Of a stretch of 64,000 nucleotides of DNA, positions 51,901 to 64,000 are shown piece by piece (position 1 is the stretch's first letter; every line of letters starts with the position of its first letter). Origin of the DNA: Phoronis australis. Its lineage: Eukaryota; Animalia; Phoronida. The DNA lies in the NCBI GenBank assembly GCA_002633005.1, contig NMRA01000068.1:1009092-1073091 (forward strand). The letters are read 5' to 3'. The notes beneath the pieces were generated by a model. The model did no database searches, was not told the DNA's origin, and saw only the letters and a program-made list of their open reading frames with translations. A program made the translations under genes and the position numbers.

Positions 51901-54900
51901 TAGGCTAAATTCAGACATTGTGATAGTTGTGGTCATACTGCCATTTTCCTCAGAGTGTTGTGCTTTGATATTACACATGAATGTTGAGGACATTTTACTA
52001 CATTCCAATAGGCAATAAGGCAAAAACTAGTCAATGCCAAGTACTGTGAGAGGTTCGCTCACGTGCGCTGGAAGGATGGTCGCGTGGTGCATGTACAAGT
52101 CACGCCTGAGGTTCAACGTAATTATGAGCAGCGAGTGAAGATAGTCCTCGACAAGATACAGCACAGGTAGGTGGAGGTTAAAGATCGATAGCAGATTCTG
52201 TTGTTGAAATTTCCTTAACATCTTAACCATAAGACAAGTGCATAGCTTACGAGGCTATTTTTCTGGTCTGCCACAAATCAACTTAAATCGTACATGAAAG
52301 AGTGCTAGTTTGTAAAAAAAAGTATTTCTTTGATAAATAGTCATTCATTATCTTCTTTGTGCTTAACTCCTTTGACCATTTTTATTTGGTGTGAGTGGTC
52401 TTTATCTATTATTGTCTGCACACGTTCTGGGTTGTTTGAACTTTATTAATACTTCATTCATTCTACTTATTGTGTGCTTGTCAGAATGTGTATCCCCACT
52501 TACTTAAAGTCTGACCAGAATATCTAGTCTCACTATTTCTACTTATTAAGAGTCTGCATAGAATATCTAGCCTAACTATTTCTACTTGCTAATAATTTGA
52601 CTAGAATGTCTTGCCGCACTACTTTTACTTACCCAGAGTCTGAGTAGAACATTTTGCCTAACTATTTGTACTTACTAAGAGTCTGCCTAGAACATCTCCC
52701 TATTTTACTGGCAGATCTAGATTTACTGTTTCGTATTCCTAACAGAGCCCTTAGGGGCAACTACCTGTAGCTGTTCTCGTTTTGGTCTTGACTTTTGATA
52801 TTGACTAGTTAACTCTCATTACTTTTAAGATTTTGCACGATTGACTCATTAATTAGTCTAACTCACTGCTTCATCAGAGTGTTTTATTGACTTACATTTA
52901 GCTTTTCATCGTTGCAGAATTGACTGGTTACAACAGGGTAGTCGAGAACTGTTTGGAACCGTTTTAGAAGATCAAGTCTACTTCCTCATAGACACTTCAC
53001 AGTCCATGGCGCCCAGCATTCAGTTTGTCAAAGATAAACTGTTTGTCCTGATGCAGGTATCTAGTGCTTCCATTACATTACATTGAGCTGGATTAAAGCA
53101 TAATCTATTGTTGAGGCTTGTCACTTTACTTTTAAGGTTTTGTAGGACCCTAGAAACATGACCAAATTTGGCTTACTTCGGAACATCATATCTCAGAAAT
53201 GGCTAATGGAAGCCACATGAAACTTCTAGATACTATCATGATTTTGTACTGTTCTCCGAAACACGTTGAGGAATTATTTTTAAAATATTCCTCTTTTGCA
53301 CGAGGATATAAAATAGGATTCTTTTTTTTTGAAAAAGCTCAAATGTTGCATAAAATGACAACCACATAATAATTTACTGTAACAGCAGTTTTAGATTTTA
53401 TCTTGAACATTTATGTGAAATGAAATTTGTTCATGTTGTTACAATTGTTTCAATATAAATCTAGCTTTCTTTTGTTGACTTTTTAATTTACTGTTCACGC
53501 GACCCATTTAATGGGAGAATGGTATAAAGTTATTCTACGGGTTTTCTACTTTTGGAAAATATGTGCTTTTACTGAATTAAAACCTATTGAATAAATATTA
53601 TGTTGTTTATATTTGGTTAAATAGTTCACAGACTTGTTTGACTGTGTAAAAATGACTTTGTTGTCTTCCCTTTGTGTTGTGTTCTTGAACGTAATGTGTG
53701 TAGATTTGTTAAATCTTTGGCAATGTAATGTGTTGAAACGCTTATGATCAATTACAGGAACAACTTCGACACAAGCAGAAATTCAACTTGATTGGTTTTG
53801 GTGCAAAGGTGATGCCATGGCGAGACAGAGCTGTTGAGGTTAATGAGAGAAGTTTGAAGAATGCCTGGACATGGATCCAAGCACTGCAGTGTCAAGGGTC
53901 GACCAATACAATGTCTGCTCTACGATTTGCCCTGGCTGACCACCAGACTCAGGCTATTTACTTGCTAACTGATGGTCGACCAGACCAGCCACCAAACTCC
54001 ATCCTGGCTCAAGTACAGTTACAGACACCCATACCCATCCACACAATCGCGTTTAATTGTGCTGACAAAGAGGCGAATGCATTCCTATGTCAGTTGGCCA
54101 GAGACACTGGTGGACGGTATCATTACTTCTCAGAGCATGGAACAGATCCAGACAGTCCAGACCCTTGGGAGGTAGGTGTTTGTGAAGCCTTCAGTGGTAG
54201 TCTTGGAAAGGTGTAGATAGATTTAGTGGTGAAGTTAACATCTAGAGCAACACAGAGGTTGAGTCTTTACATGTTGTCTGTCATGTGTGGATGCCTGTAG
54301 CCTGAAGAAATGTCAAACATTTTGTTCATTCATGTCTCACTGGGTTACATGTCGCATTGACCTAGTGATGATGGCAACTGTGCTTTTACCTTTCAAAATT
54401 TATCCAGTCCATGTTTTGCGTAAACTAATTTAAATAGGTATTGCAATCCTTTTGATTGACTTGAACTAATGCTAAATTAAATTTTATCTACCACACATTA
54501 TAGAGAGACCGTGGGCCCTGGAACTATAAGGTATTTACAAAGCAGAGTCTGTTTCTGCTCATTATTTCCAATATGGCTGACTTGCAGTATCAACATTGGT
54601 TTGGTTACTTCTCTTCCAGCTCTTATCGACACCAAATTGCTATAAAGTATCCCTCTTGTACAGTATAGCTGCTCAGTACTCATACATCACACTGCTCTCC
54701 TCGCATGGTGATAGTCCTGCTCCCCAGCTTATTTAAGTCCTAACAGTCTCCCTGTACCATGTATTTCTCTTGTCATCATCATGACCCCAAACTTGTATCC
54801 CTCCTTATTAAATATCAACAGTCTCCTCCTACCAAGTATTTCTCTTGTCATCATCGTGGCCCTGAACTCATATCACTCCTTATTAAAGACCAAAAGTCTC

Positions 54901-57900
54901 CCTGTACCATGTATTTCTCTCGTCATCATCATGACCCTGAACTCATATCCCTATTCATTAAAGACCAACAGTCTTCCCATACCATGTATTTCTCTCATTA
55001 TCATCACTCCTCATTGAAGCCTGCTGTCTGTTGCACAATCCCACTTTTGCACGACTTCTACAAAACTCCGCACACTACTTGGACAAGGTGCAAATTTCCA
55101 AAGTGTGAATTTTTGAGAGGAAAACCTTTACTACGAGTAGTTGACGTTGATTGTTTTAAAAAATCAACAATTTCATATTGTTTCAAATCTTTTTTTAATC
55201 TGAAGTGGTGGTTTCTGTTATTTTTATCTTTGTTTTCAAGTGAGTAATGTTGAGTATTATTTAGAAAATGCAGCTTTTAAAAGTTGATCATTTACTGCCG
55301 GCTTTGTCTTCACACGGTTATAAAGTGTGGAACAGTTGTAAAGTTTTGAACTGCAGTTGTATGTAAAGTGTTGAACAATAGCAAAATGTTGAACTGTTGT
55401 AAAGTGTTGAACAGTTGAGTTGGAAAGTGTTGGTGCAGAGATGAGAATAAAGCTGTGTTCACTCAGTTTAAATTGGATTACGACATGATTTTGAGATAAA
55501 CAGACTGTTTGTTGTACTCCAGAGTGAAGACATCAGGCTTCTGAAAGAAGAGTACAAACTGGGAGTGGATAACTTAGAGAAAGTGAGCTCACTACGAGAG
55601 GAGTGTCAGAAGTTGGCATGGAAGGGAGAGAGCCGACTGTCCACCAAGTGTTCAAGGTATTGTTTGCTATGACTCTCATGTCATGAGGTGTTTCTACCTA
55701 AAATGTCAGTTGTGCTACAAAGACATGATGTACTTCTAGCTGTTAACCTCTGCTCTTTGAATTGGAAGTGGCTCAATTGAAACTTGGCCCATTATGATTA
55801 AGGAACAACTTTATCTTCTAAATCCCTTTTAATGTTACTTTGATACCTCATTACACTACTAATTGCTTCTCTGGCTGTTATTGATAATTAGATTAAAAGC
55901 TATAGACTGTTCTCTGATAGAACATTAGGTAATTAACTTTGTTGTGTTTTCTCTTGTGTGTTTCAGACAACACTACTTGTCTGGCAAAGAGAAAGTTTCT
56001 TCTGTGCCTGCCCTCGACTCTTCTCAGCTTTACCGCTCTGAAGCACCTGTACCCTCTCGTCCCAAGCCCCCATCGCGACCCAGAAGTGCCACTGGTCACC
56101 GGCCCTCATACAACCCCGCCCCACGCCCCTCATCGGCTACAGGGTACAGGCCTGCCCCTCATGCCAGTCATCGCTCACCTCGACCGCAGAGTGCAAGAGA
56201 TGTGCCTTCACGCCGACCCCTAGTGGCAGGTAAACAAATCTGAATCTAACTGAGGGAAGGGAAGCATGAAGCATAAGTGTTGCATACTGCTAGTTTCGAC
56301 GAACTCTTTAACAAAACGATGATATTCTTTATGTAGCCATGCAGTTGCACTTAGTCTAAAATTTCTTGTAGCTATTCGAAGTAACTTATAGATTACTACA
56401 TTGCTCCTTTCATGGTTGGTAGCATAGAGCATGAGTTCTTAGTGGGATCATGCGTTCCCAAGCATCTTACAAGTAAGGTCCATACTTAATACTCGCTGCT
56501 ACTGGTCACTGAGTCTGAAATGCAAGACGGAATTCATTGTTTCTGCTACAGAAGTGGAGATTTCTCACCACCAGAGTCTCATAAGTGCCTTTGTGTTTAC
56601 ATACCGCAGCACTGGTAGATCTTGTGTTTACAGACCGCAGCACTGGTAGATCTTATTGTGTTTACAGACCGCAGCACTGGTAGATCTTATTGTGTTTACA
56701 GACCGCAGCACTGGTAGATCTTATTGTGTCATAATGGCTGTGGAAGTTATGGATGCGTGTCATTTAAAGTATTTGTTAGTTGTATAAACACATTGCCTTC
56801 TTTTCAGGTCATACACGTACGAGCTTATTGCGTACCTTATCCAGTGGTGGTCGGTTTTCCACGGATGAATGGTTGCTGCCGGAGACCAGGCAGTTGTTAG
56901 AGAGACAGTGGCAGAGACAACAGGAGGGGGGTGGGGAAGGTAAGTTTTTACCTGGGTGAGGATTTGCCCGTTTTTGCCGAACAAGGAAAATAACAGGAAG
57001 TAATGATTCGGATGTATTAAACTTGGAAAATTTTTCCCGTTGATAGGGGTAAACCTTACCTGTGAAACAGAAAAATCTTTCTTGTGGAATGGGAAAAATG
57101 CCTCTTGGAACTGGGAGAAAAATTCACGTTCTAATCTAAATATCTCATGTTCTTATTAAAACGATGAAAATTTCTCCCACAGATAGTGGAAAATCTTTCA
57201 CTTGGAATAGGAAAAATGTTCTCACTTAAACAGAAAATCTGCACCGATGAGCTGAAATATCTGCTATCCATGTTGCATTCCGAGTATTTCATGTTCTTAT
57301 TAAAACCAGGAAGTGTTTTTCTGATAAAAACAAAGAACTGTGTAGCAGCATATTATGAGAATTAAGAAAATGACACTCTAAAACTCTAAACCAAGTTATG
57401 TGATACCTTATCAGCAGAATTGTGCATTTAGCTAACTTAAAGGCAAATGTCTAAAAATATAGAAATCAACACAGTTGTTATGAGGATAAATGTGAAGAAC
57501 TTAGACCTGACTGACTGCATTCAGAGAAATTACTGATGCGCTATGGAAGACGCCCTTGTAGAACAAAATGTCAGCTAGTACCAGCTGACATATTGTTGGC
57601 GACTTGTGACATAATAGTTAGGTCTGTTGACAAATTTGCCACACATTTTGGAAATTTGATAAGTTAAACTAGTCTTCACTTAAAACGAATTAATGATCAT
57701 GGTGCAGTCGCGAATTCATTATTATGTAATAAACTTCAGCTTTGTTGCCATCACTGGATGAGTGTTGTGTACATTTGTTGCCACCAACGTGATACACTAG
57801 ATGAGTGTCGGGTACTAATTGACAGTACTTTACATTACATTCCATGTTCATTTTCAGAGCAGGGAAACTTGATCAATGTTCACTTCCCTGTTCAATCGCA

Positions 57901-60900
57901 AACTGGGAAAATTACCCCGTTTTTCTCTGAAAGGAAGAAATTCCTGGGTTATTCAGCGAGGAATTCTTGAAAAGATGAGTGAAATCTTCACTTAACCACA
58001 CTCAGGGTTCCTACATGGCTGTCGATGAAAGCCTAAAAGCCAGTTTAAATCACAATCAACTAAAACCTTCTTTTGTTGCTCATTAAATGAACCCACATGA
58101 AGTTGTTCATAATACGCTTACTGACAGCTAAACATTATGTTGGTCTAAAGGTGATGTTCATTTCTTCAATTTTTGTTTGCAGAAGGAAATAACAACCGAC
58201 ACAAACCAGCGAGGAGGAGGAGAAAGTCTCAGGGGAGGTAAGTGTTAGCCAGGGGAAATAAATGTCATTCAGGGGAGATAAGTGAGAATCAGGGGAGGTA
58301 GAGAACATTTCGCTGTTGAAGTGTCGGCCATTAGTGAATAGCACGATTTGCTGCTTATTGAAATGAATGAGGTCTGATACGGATCATCAAATCTGAGATG
58401 TATGTGGACACAGAGGCAGTATTCTCTTCTTTCATATTTTTTGTTTGTGGTACTTATTTCTATTAATTCCCAACACCTGTGCAGTGTACTTTGTAGATCA
58501 TTAAAAAAATGACATTTCTAATAGAAAACTGATCGTGGGAGCGTGCTGACTTTCCTGTTGAATTAAGTTTTGGCAAATTGAGATCTTAAGTCAAAAAAGG
58601 ACATCACATCTTCAGAAATTTTGCAAGTCTTTGATTTTTCCATTGAGTAACTGAGCACTTGAATTTTTTACAAATAAATTATTTGTTTAATAGATTGAAT
58701 TGTGTGCGCCAACAGTGGTTGCACTCATTGTACGCTTGCAGAGAGTTGAGAAATACTACGATTGACCATGGTCCGGTAATTATTTCCTAAGTGTTTAGTA
58801 ATTTATAGTGCTATGTCAATTGACGTCATACTAAACTTGAAAATAATATCGCTAATTGGTTACCCAACTGTGTTGTAAAACAAATCGATCTCTGTTTATA
58901 TCATTGCAGCCCCCCTGTTAGATGCCCTTTTGTTTAGCTATACCACAATTATACCACTAGTGTCAGAATCCCTTTGTATAATATTTAGTTACTAGTCAAG
59001 ATTACATTTCACTCTTTTGTGTTCTGTTGGCCCCCTGGTTACTAATTAAAATGTCTCATTGAACATTTCAGCTCTCTGACTCAATCCTCAAGGCAGTGGT
59101 TATCCAAACATGGCCTCTCAGCCAAGAGGTTGACCATCATTGATGCCCTGGGGCCAGCAATGATTCCTCACAAAGCTAAATATGTCCCAATACTGGATAA
59201 ACACGTTTTGGGCAAAGTCTTTGATGAGGTAGGTAAATGACACTTTTGTTAAAACAATGTTACTTAATATGCATTATCAAGTTTTGGTTTTGACTCTGGA
59301 AGATTTTTTCTAACAATTCTACTTGTCAAGAGAATTGTGTGTGGTTCCTTTCAATCATAAATATTATTACAAAACAATCATTAGACAATGTAATGAGACA
59401 TGTAATGTTAAAAGCAACACCCATCCCCCCTCTTCATTTAATGATGGATCACGTGAACTATGTAACTGTATCCTGCTGAGTCATGCAGCTATAAACACAC
59501 GAGGGCACTTCAGCTGTGGACTACTTTTAGGTCAATAACACGGCCAAACATTAAATGTTATAGATATAAAGGATCTTGTCGTGACTATCAGTTATGACAG
59601 ACTGTCTTTTCTCTGACTTTCACTTTCGGCAACACACCATAAATACTATAGAAACAATAATCTTGGTTTTTTCCTCATTTAAAGAATTTTGATTTGAGTG
59701 TGCATGTCTGCATTATTCATCATTGTTGTGCCCTTGTTTTAGGTAATGCCTTTAGCACATGTCTCTGGTACCTCTAACAAGACTATTCATCTGGTGAACC
59801 CTGCTGGGGTCAATCTGCAAGAGTACGAAGACAAGGTCAAAGTTGCTATAGATTTATACAAAAAGTATGTTCAAGCTTCCATGAACTGTGTTCTAATGTT
59901 AAAACATTAATTTTCTTCACAGAAATATTTGCTCTTTGAATGTTACGTCGTTGCGATCTTATCCTTTGTTATTCACCCAGGCACATAGTTGTATAATGTG
60001 GTCCTATATGATCATCATCCTGTCCAAGCTTCTGGATGTCTGCTCAGTATCTCAAAAAACACTGATTGGAACTTTGTCAAATTTGGCACAAGTGTTTTGG
60101 TCGTCACTAGAACAGTGCATGCCAGTTTCAAATCTGCCCCACCCCCAAGTTGAGACGAGTGGGGCTTTTCAGGGTTTTTTAGGGGCTGAGAGTGTTTCCA
60201 GATGATATCTGGAGAGCTGATGGATGCATTTCAGTGAAACTTGATGTACAGTGATAACGATACTGTGATAACAATAAACCAGCACCAATCAATTTTCATA
60301 CAGATTCGACCACTGCAGCACCTTCTTGTAGCCATTTTGGTCTCAACGAGGGGATTTTTCAGTACTGTTGGGAAGAAAAAAGTTTCCGAATGATATCTGT
60401 AGAATCAGTTAATAAATATCAGTGAATCTTGACAGAGGTATGTGATGACATTGCACTGTCATCAGGCAGTTTATACTACTGCATCGCATTCCTAGTGGCC
60501 ATTTTTGCAGTTGTCCTGTTTTCCAGTTGTTTGCTCAATATTTCGTAAATTCGTGGCTGTTTTGATGAAATTTGAGGCAATGGTATAGGTCATCACTTAA
60601 GAGCAGTCCACATCACTTTTCAATTAGCCCCTGTGCAGGGACCAGGGGTTGTTGTATTCAATATTTTTGGGGAAGAGCAGCTGATATCTAAAGAACCAGG
60701 TTTCAATGGGAAAATTCGACTTCTTCATCATCCTATGTGGCCATTTTGGTGAGAATGTGTCTTTGTATTTTTGGGAAGAAAAGCGTTTCTGGATGATATG
60801 TAAGAAGGCAGTTGACGATTTTCGATGAAACTTTGACACAGAGGTTTGTGACAGCAATGCATTTGACTGCTGTGGCATCCTCTAGTGGCAACTAGTGGCT

Positions 60901-63061
60901 CATTATCTACCTAGTTCTTTGATGGATTTTCATGAAATTTCTATGAGTGTGTTTTTAATTAGGAGAGCACAATTGATGTGGATTTTGGGTCAAGTCTGAT
61001 TACTGCTTATAGTCCCTTAGTGGATGTCACGTTTTCCTGCGAAGTTGTCTTGAACATTATTGTATGGGTAGTTATTGCAGGTTTGTTTTGCTGGACAAAG
61101 ATTTTTATAGACACACTGTGAAACTCAGACTAACTGGCATTTCTGACAGTCATGCAATATTGACAAGAGGGGATGTAGAATCTCCTGAGAATGTTGCATG
61201 CAAGACAACCATGTGAAAAGCTATTACAAGCATGTACTTCATTTGTAATGCAGGACAAGTTTTCGCAAAGACGTGTGATCTCGATTTTAGCGAGTTTCTT
61301 TAGTCTCTAGAATGCTTTCCTGGCACGAACGAAAATTGTCAGGGGGACTCAGATGAATTGAAACTTTGTCTACCCCCAATCTCCATTAACACATCAACCT
61401 GTCATCATGATACTGGATATTATTGAGGTCCACATGCCCTGTTTATTGTAAAAAATACAGGTCTCAATTGTCGTTTTCATGTTTGGTTAAACTGAAACGC
61501 AGTTAGTGTCAGGCCCACCATTAGTCATGTAACATACAAAATCGCTCTTGAAAATTGTGACCCATGGGTCCTGTAGGTTGACCCATATATTTGAGTCCCC
61601 GTGAGTCAATTGATCCATATATTTTAGTCCCTGTGGGTCAGCTGACCCATGACAATGTTTTTTTAAAAATGATCCTTAAGGCTATCGATAATAAATATTG
61701 TGTTGATTACGTTTCAGGCGACTCAGTGACATTGTGTGGCGTGCTCTGCCCCAGGCTGAACGTGATGAGTAAGTGAAAACAATATTGAGTAAGAAATGTC
61801 ACTGTCATTGATTTCCATGTTTAGGTCATCGGTGGCAATAAAATTTACATTTCATTTAACATTTCAAACTAAAGACATTTTTCCATTAGAGTGAACCACT
61901 GCTTAAACCATCCATTTTGTGACACTCATTTTTTTACTACAGTCTTTCTTAAAATCTTTTTTTCATTGTAAGATTACTAGTCATTAGATGTACTCTGAAT
62001 TATTGAGAAATGGCTTTCTGAACACTAAAGGATTGTTTGGATTTTGACGTGCATTAATTTTGTTCATTTTTTGGAAATGAGATGCAGAAACAGGCGTGCT
62101 CACACTTTGATTAGCTTGTTAAACACAGAACAACGTCCTATATCTCTGAGCAAGTAGTACTTAAATTCTGGAAGTAAATATCAAGTTTACAAAAATCGCA
62201 TCACATGAACATAAATTTCACATTTTCTGCACGTTTTTGTGGTCCTTTAATCGACATAATCATAGTATGTCAGTAGATTTTAATTTATTTTTAAGTTCCA
62301 ACTCTCCATTTTGAACCACGTGTCTTACACTTCAAGTGTTTCAATAATGCGGTCCTGCTGTGGCTGCATCAGCTTCTCCCAGTTTTAATTGTCAATTGTT
62401 GATTAATTTTGCAAGCATGCCATGTGTACTTGAACATAAGACAATACTTTTGTTCACAACATGTTTCTTGTTCGTCAGGTTCCATAACACATGGTCATGT
62501 GTACTTGATCATACCACAATACTCCTGTTCATCAGGTTCAATGTCAGTTATGCGTTTTTGAAAATAACACAATACTCTTGTTCATCAGATTCAGCGACAG
62601 ATGGTCATTCATACTTGAATATAACACAATACTCTTGTTCATAAGATTCAGCGACAGTCATGCGTACTTGAATATAACACAATACTCTTGTTCATCAGAT
62701 TCAATGACAAACAGTCATTCATACTTGAACATAACACTGACAATTGTTCATCAGATTCAACGACAAACAGTCATGCGCACTTGAACATAATACAATACTC
62801 TTGTTCATTAGGTTCAATGACAAGCCAGATTTCGAGGAGAATAAACTGAAACTGATGCAGGCATTGGATCGGTGTGGATGGCCTGTCAAAGAGGGCGACA
62901 TTGATCTTCTGGAAAGAGAAATACAGAAAGCAGAGAAATACTTGCAGCAATCACAGGACCTGAGGAAAGCGTCAAAATTGAAGTCGCCTAAGGAAGAAGA
63001 CGCAGAGTTTGATGATGCCGCTAGCCTTCTGTCTGAGGTCACACTAAGTAATAAATATGAG
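42981..63061 (+). CDS. VWA3B: von Willebrand factor A domain-containing protein 3B-like, 5' part; exons 42981-43053 (tentative), 47976-48209, 48573-48664, 48855-49105, 49448-49607, 50002-50171, 50674-50909, 51347-51555, 52012-52166, 52918-53056, 53758-54171, 55523-55656, 55967-56229, 56808-56939, 58183-58237, 59072-59228, 59743-59864, 61718-61768, 62812-63061; continues past the window
   Basis: Spliced translation INTEKWLQNYGL...SSRYGDGLF...YKRRLEWLTTESRRIFGVIEEHCITIVLD...IESIYLFT...RFHAYA recalls the VWA3B N-terminus; second VWA domain with IDTSQS, GSTNT and IYLLTDGRPDQP; GT-AG boundaries found for all listed exons. Confidence 0.9.
46480..46905. repeat. 30-bp purine-rich minisatellite, about 14 copies, intronic
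   Basis: ggatatgggatggagaaccttcttgggaga units. Confidence 0.95.
47365..47952. repeat. About 24-bp minisatellite with a higher-order duplication
   Basis: catcaactgtagtacagtacttgt units; the block starting agccagaggtacttatt recurs at 47401, 47596 and 47793. Confidence 0.95.
51553..51830. repeat. About 60-bp tandem repeat beginning at a VWA3B donor site
   Basis: gttacacctgacatctcatgtcgtagaccactgtcatgtgtcacagaccatct units. Confidence 0.88.
54740..55005. repeat. About 75-bp tandem repeat, 3-4 copies
   Basis: acagtctccctgtaccatgtatttctcttgtcatcatcatgaccc units. Confidence 0.9.
56592..56729. repeat. 31-34-bp tandem repeat, 4 copies
   Basis: tgtgtttacagaccgcagcactggtagatcttat units. Confidence 0.93.
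62420..62824 (+). repeat. About 56-bp tandem repeat whose last unit supplies the VWA3B splice acceptor
   Basis: tacttgaacataacacaatactcttgttcatcagattcaatgacaaacagtca units; the final unit ends ttgttcattag|gttcaatgacaag. Confidence 0.9.
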
Positions 63062-64000
63062 GTCAGTGGATCTGCTTAGCTCGTCCCTTTTTAACAATGT
63101 CGGTGGATAGGCTGATACTCCATCATATTGAGGTTTATGGATGGGTTTAGTCTGTCTCTCTATAAATGAGGTCAGTGGATAGGCTATGGTCCTCTCTCTC
63201 TTTAAAAGGGGCAGTAGGTGGGATTATGCCCTCCTTTTATTTGGGGTCAGTGAATATCCTAACCCCATCTCTCCTTTGTATGGGGTCAGTTGGTACTTAC
63301 GCTTTAATATCCCGTCCCTTTAACTGAATGTTTGGTTAACATGGACAGATTTTGCCCTTTTGTGAACTCTGCCTGGCAATGCTACTATAGGTAAACAACA
63401 AACTGCAATCTGCTGGTCATCTTATCTAGAATAAGTTTGATTACATTGATGGCAGCATGCATGCGCATTCTAGGTAACTTGAACAAAAATTATTTTTATG
63501 AAAATTTTGGTTAGTGATGAAATTAATCGAAATTGTTCAATGTTAAAATATTAAGTTTCCAATGTTAATCTGTCTCAATATTTGAGAGTTTTTATATATT
63601 TATTTTTGAAAACATTCTAAAATCTTTAAAATTTCTATGTTAATAAATGCGTACCATTGATGTGTTTTTATTCCCTGAAACTTCCATGTTGTGATTGTTT
63701 ATTGTGAGTCCTAAATTTGTTGATTTCCTTGCTCGCTCTTGTGCTACTTTCCTAGACCTGGTTGTGGCTCTTAAAATTTCCAGGCTTTCAAACACACAGT
63801 CAGTGACATCGACAGTTATTAAATACTGTTGCTGGTTCAACTATAAAATAATTAAGCCAAGTTTTCACAAATGACATTGCCATAGTTATCATGCTCTAAA
63901 CTTAGTTAGTAGTCTCACATGATAGTTCCTGGTGTGAATACACTACTGGTGTGTGCTGGTCTAACATCACTGCTTACCCGAGTGTTGCCATACCATAAGC

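Noticed and set aside
48110-59140. Three internal repeats of a 'WL..[HNY]GL...L' motif in the VWA protein
   Set aside because: Appears to be a normal feature of the VWA3A/VWA3B family rather than a novelty.

Overview
Eukaryotic, AT-rich, intron-containing animal DNA; an invertebrate such as a mollusc or other lophotrochozoan is my inference, not a determination. Five protein-coding genes can be supported: the last exon and long 3' UTR of AMMECR1 (+), a large multi-C2H2 zinc-finger gene (-) with a probable short upstream exon, a two-exon BTB-BACK-Kelch gene (+), a ZDHHC2/15/20-type palmitoyltransferase of at least 10 exons (-), and a divergently transcribed VWA3B-like gene (+) that runs off the window end. 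Mobile DNA includes a cluster of long-TIR elements with 9-bp TSDs (Mutator-like), a Kolobok-like deletion derivative (TTAA TSD, THAP and H2CH remnants), a second THAP-bearing TIR element, a Penelope-like GIY-YIG remnant and several MITEs. The most striking pattern is that many tandem repeats are anchored exactly on splice sites or on a stop codon; one duplicated ZDHHC acceptor would create a stop immediately after the DHHC motif. All coordinates were read by eye and no searches were run.
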